A DNA stretch of 55,864 nt, taken from the NCBI GenBank assembly GCA_964444385.1, contig CAYUHD010000003.1, forward strand, positions 1 through 55,864, given 5' to 3'. This stretch comes from an uncultured Gammaproteobacteria bacterium. Lineage in GTDB: Bacteria; Pseudomonadota; Gammaproteobacteria; Magnimaribacterales; D2472. A program made the translations under genes and the position numbers. Positions 55,861 to 55,864 of this stretch are shown here, in pieces (the stretch's first letter is position 1; each line of letters opens with the position of its first letter). The notes beneath the pieces are model-generated. The model was not told where the DNA came from. It did no database searches and saw nothing but the letters and a program-made list of their open reading frames with translations.

Positions 55861-55864
55861 GAAT

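Noticed and set aside
1-55864. CRISPR arrays, IS elements or transposases, integrases, prophage genes, toxin-antitoxin or known defence systems, and rRNA genes.
   Set aside because: No tandem repeat-spacer structure, terminal inverted repeats or recognisable catalytic motifs of these families appeared in any of the six frames. Every ORF longer than about 100 aa is accounted for by the annotations above.

Overview
This is an AT-rich, very gene-dense chromosomal segment. Its gene order is typical of Gammaproteobacteria: yggS-proC-yggT-metXW-rdgB-hemW, mutY-yggX, ubiCA, yqiB-yqiA, thyA-lgt and gcvTHP. By inference only, the compaction and gene content suggest a streamlined marine planktonic gammaproteobacterium. 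I call about 65 protein genes and one tRNA-Phe(GAA). I saw no rRNA, CRISPR array, IS element, integrase, prophage or recognisable defence or toxin genes.

The main blocks are:
- 1-12.3 kb: housekeeping genes (cysQ, rpoH, trmB, an 8-gene overlapping operon, argS, efp) plus an ACE-like M2 peptidase lipoprotein.
- 13.3-18.6 kb: a six-gene TonB2-type energiser (DUF3450, TtpC-like, ExbB, ExbD, TonB, TPR).
- 18.6-27 kb: folA, thyA, lgt, rppH and gcvTHP.
- 27-45 kb: a more accessory-looking stretch. It holds a Fur-box-controlled orphan FTR1 iron permease, a sulfotransferase-like gene, a GPH transporter, redox enzymes and a 7-gene same-strand cluster (D-aminoacylase, MarR, diaminopropionate ammonia-lyase, PhyH dioxygenase, proline iminopeptidase, OM barrel, lipoprotein). 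It ends with a BHMT-like gene next to tRNA-Phe.
- 45-56 kb: mutY, yggX, gpmA, a type II glutamine synthetase with ntrBC, and ubiCA.

I do not see a clear-cut new system. The most notable sequence-level observations are:
- Two conserved genes (hemW, trmB) whose conserved N-termini lie upstream of any ATG/GTG/TTG.
- A recurring 8-nt NTGAATAA / NTGGCTAA start-stop overlap.
- A 35-bp direct repeat (32/35 identical) bracketing the marR gene inside the catabolic cluster.
- A perfect palindrome centred on the marR start codon.
- A near-consensus 7-1-7 Fur box upstream of the FTR1 gene.
- glnII, rather than glnA, sitting upstream of ntrBC, behind a sigma-54 promoter and two NtrC-type boxes.
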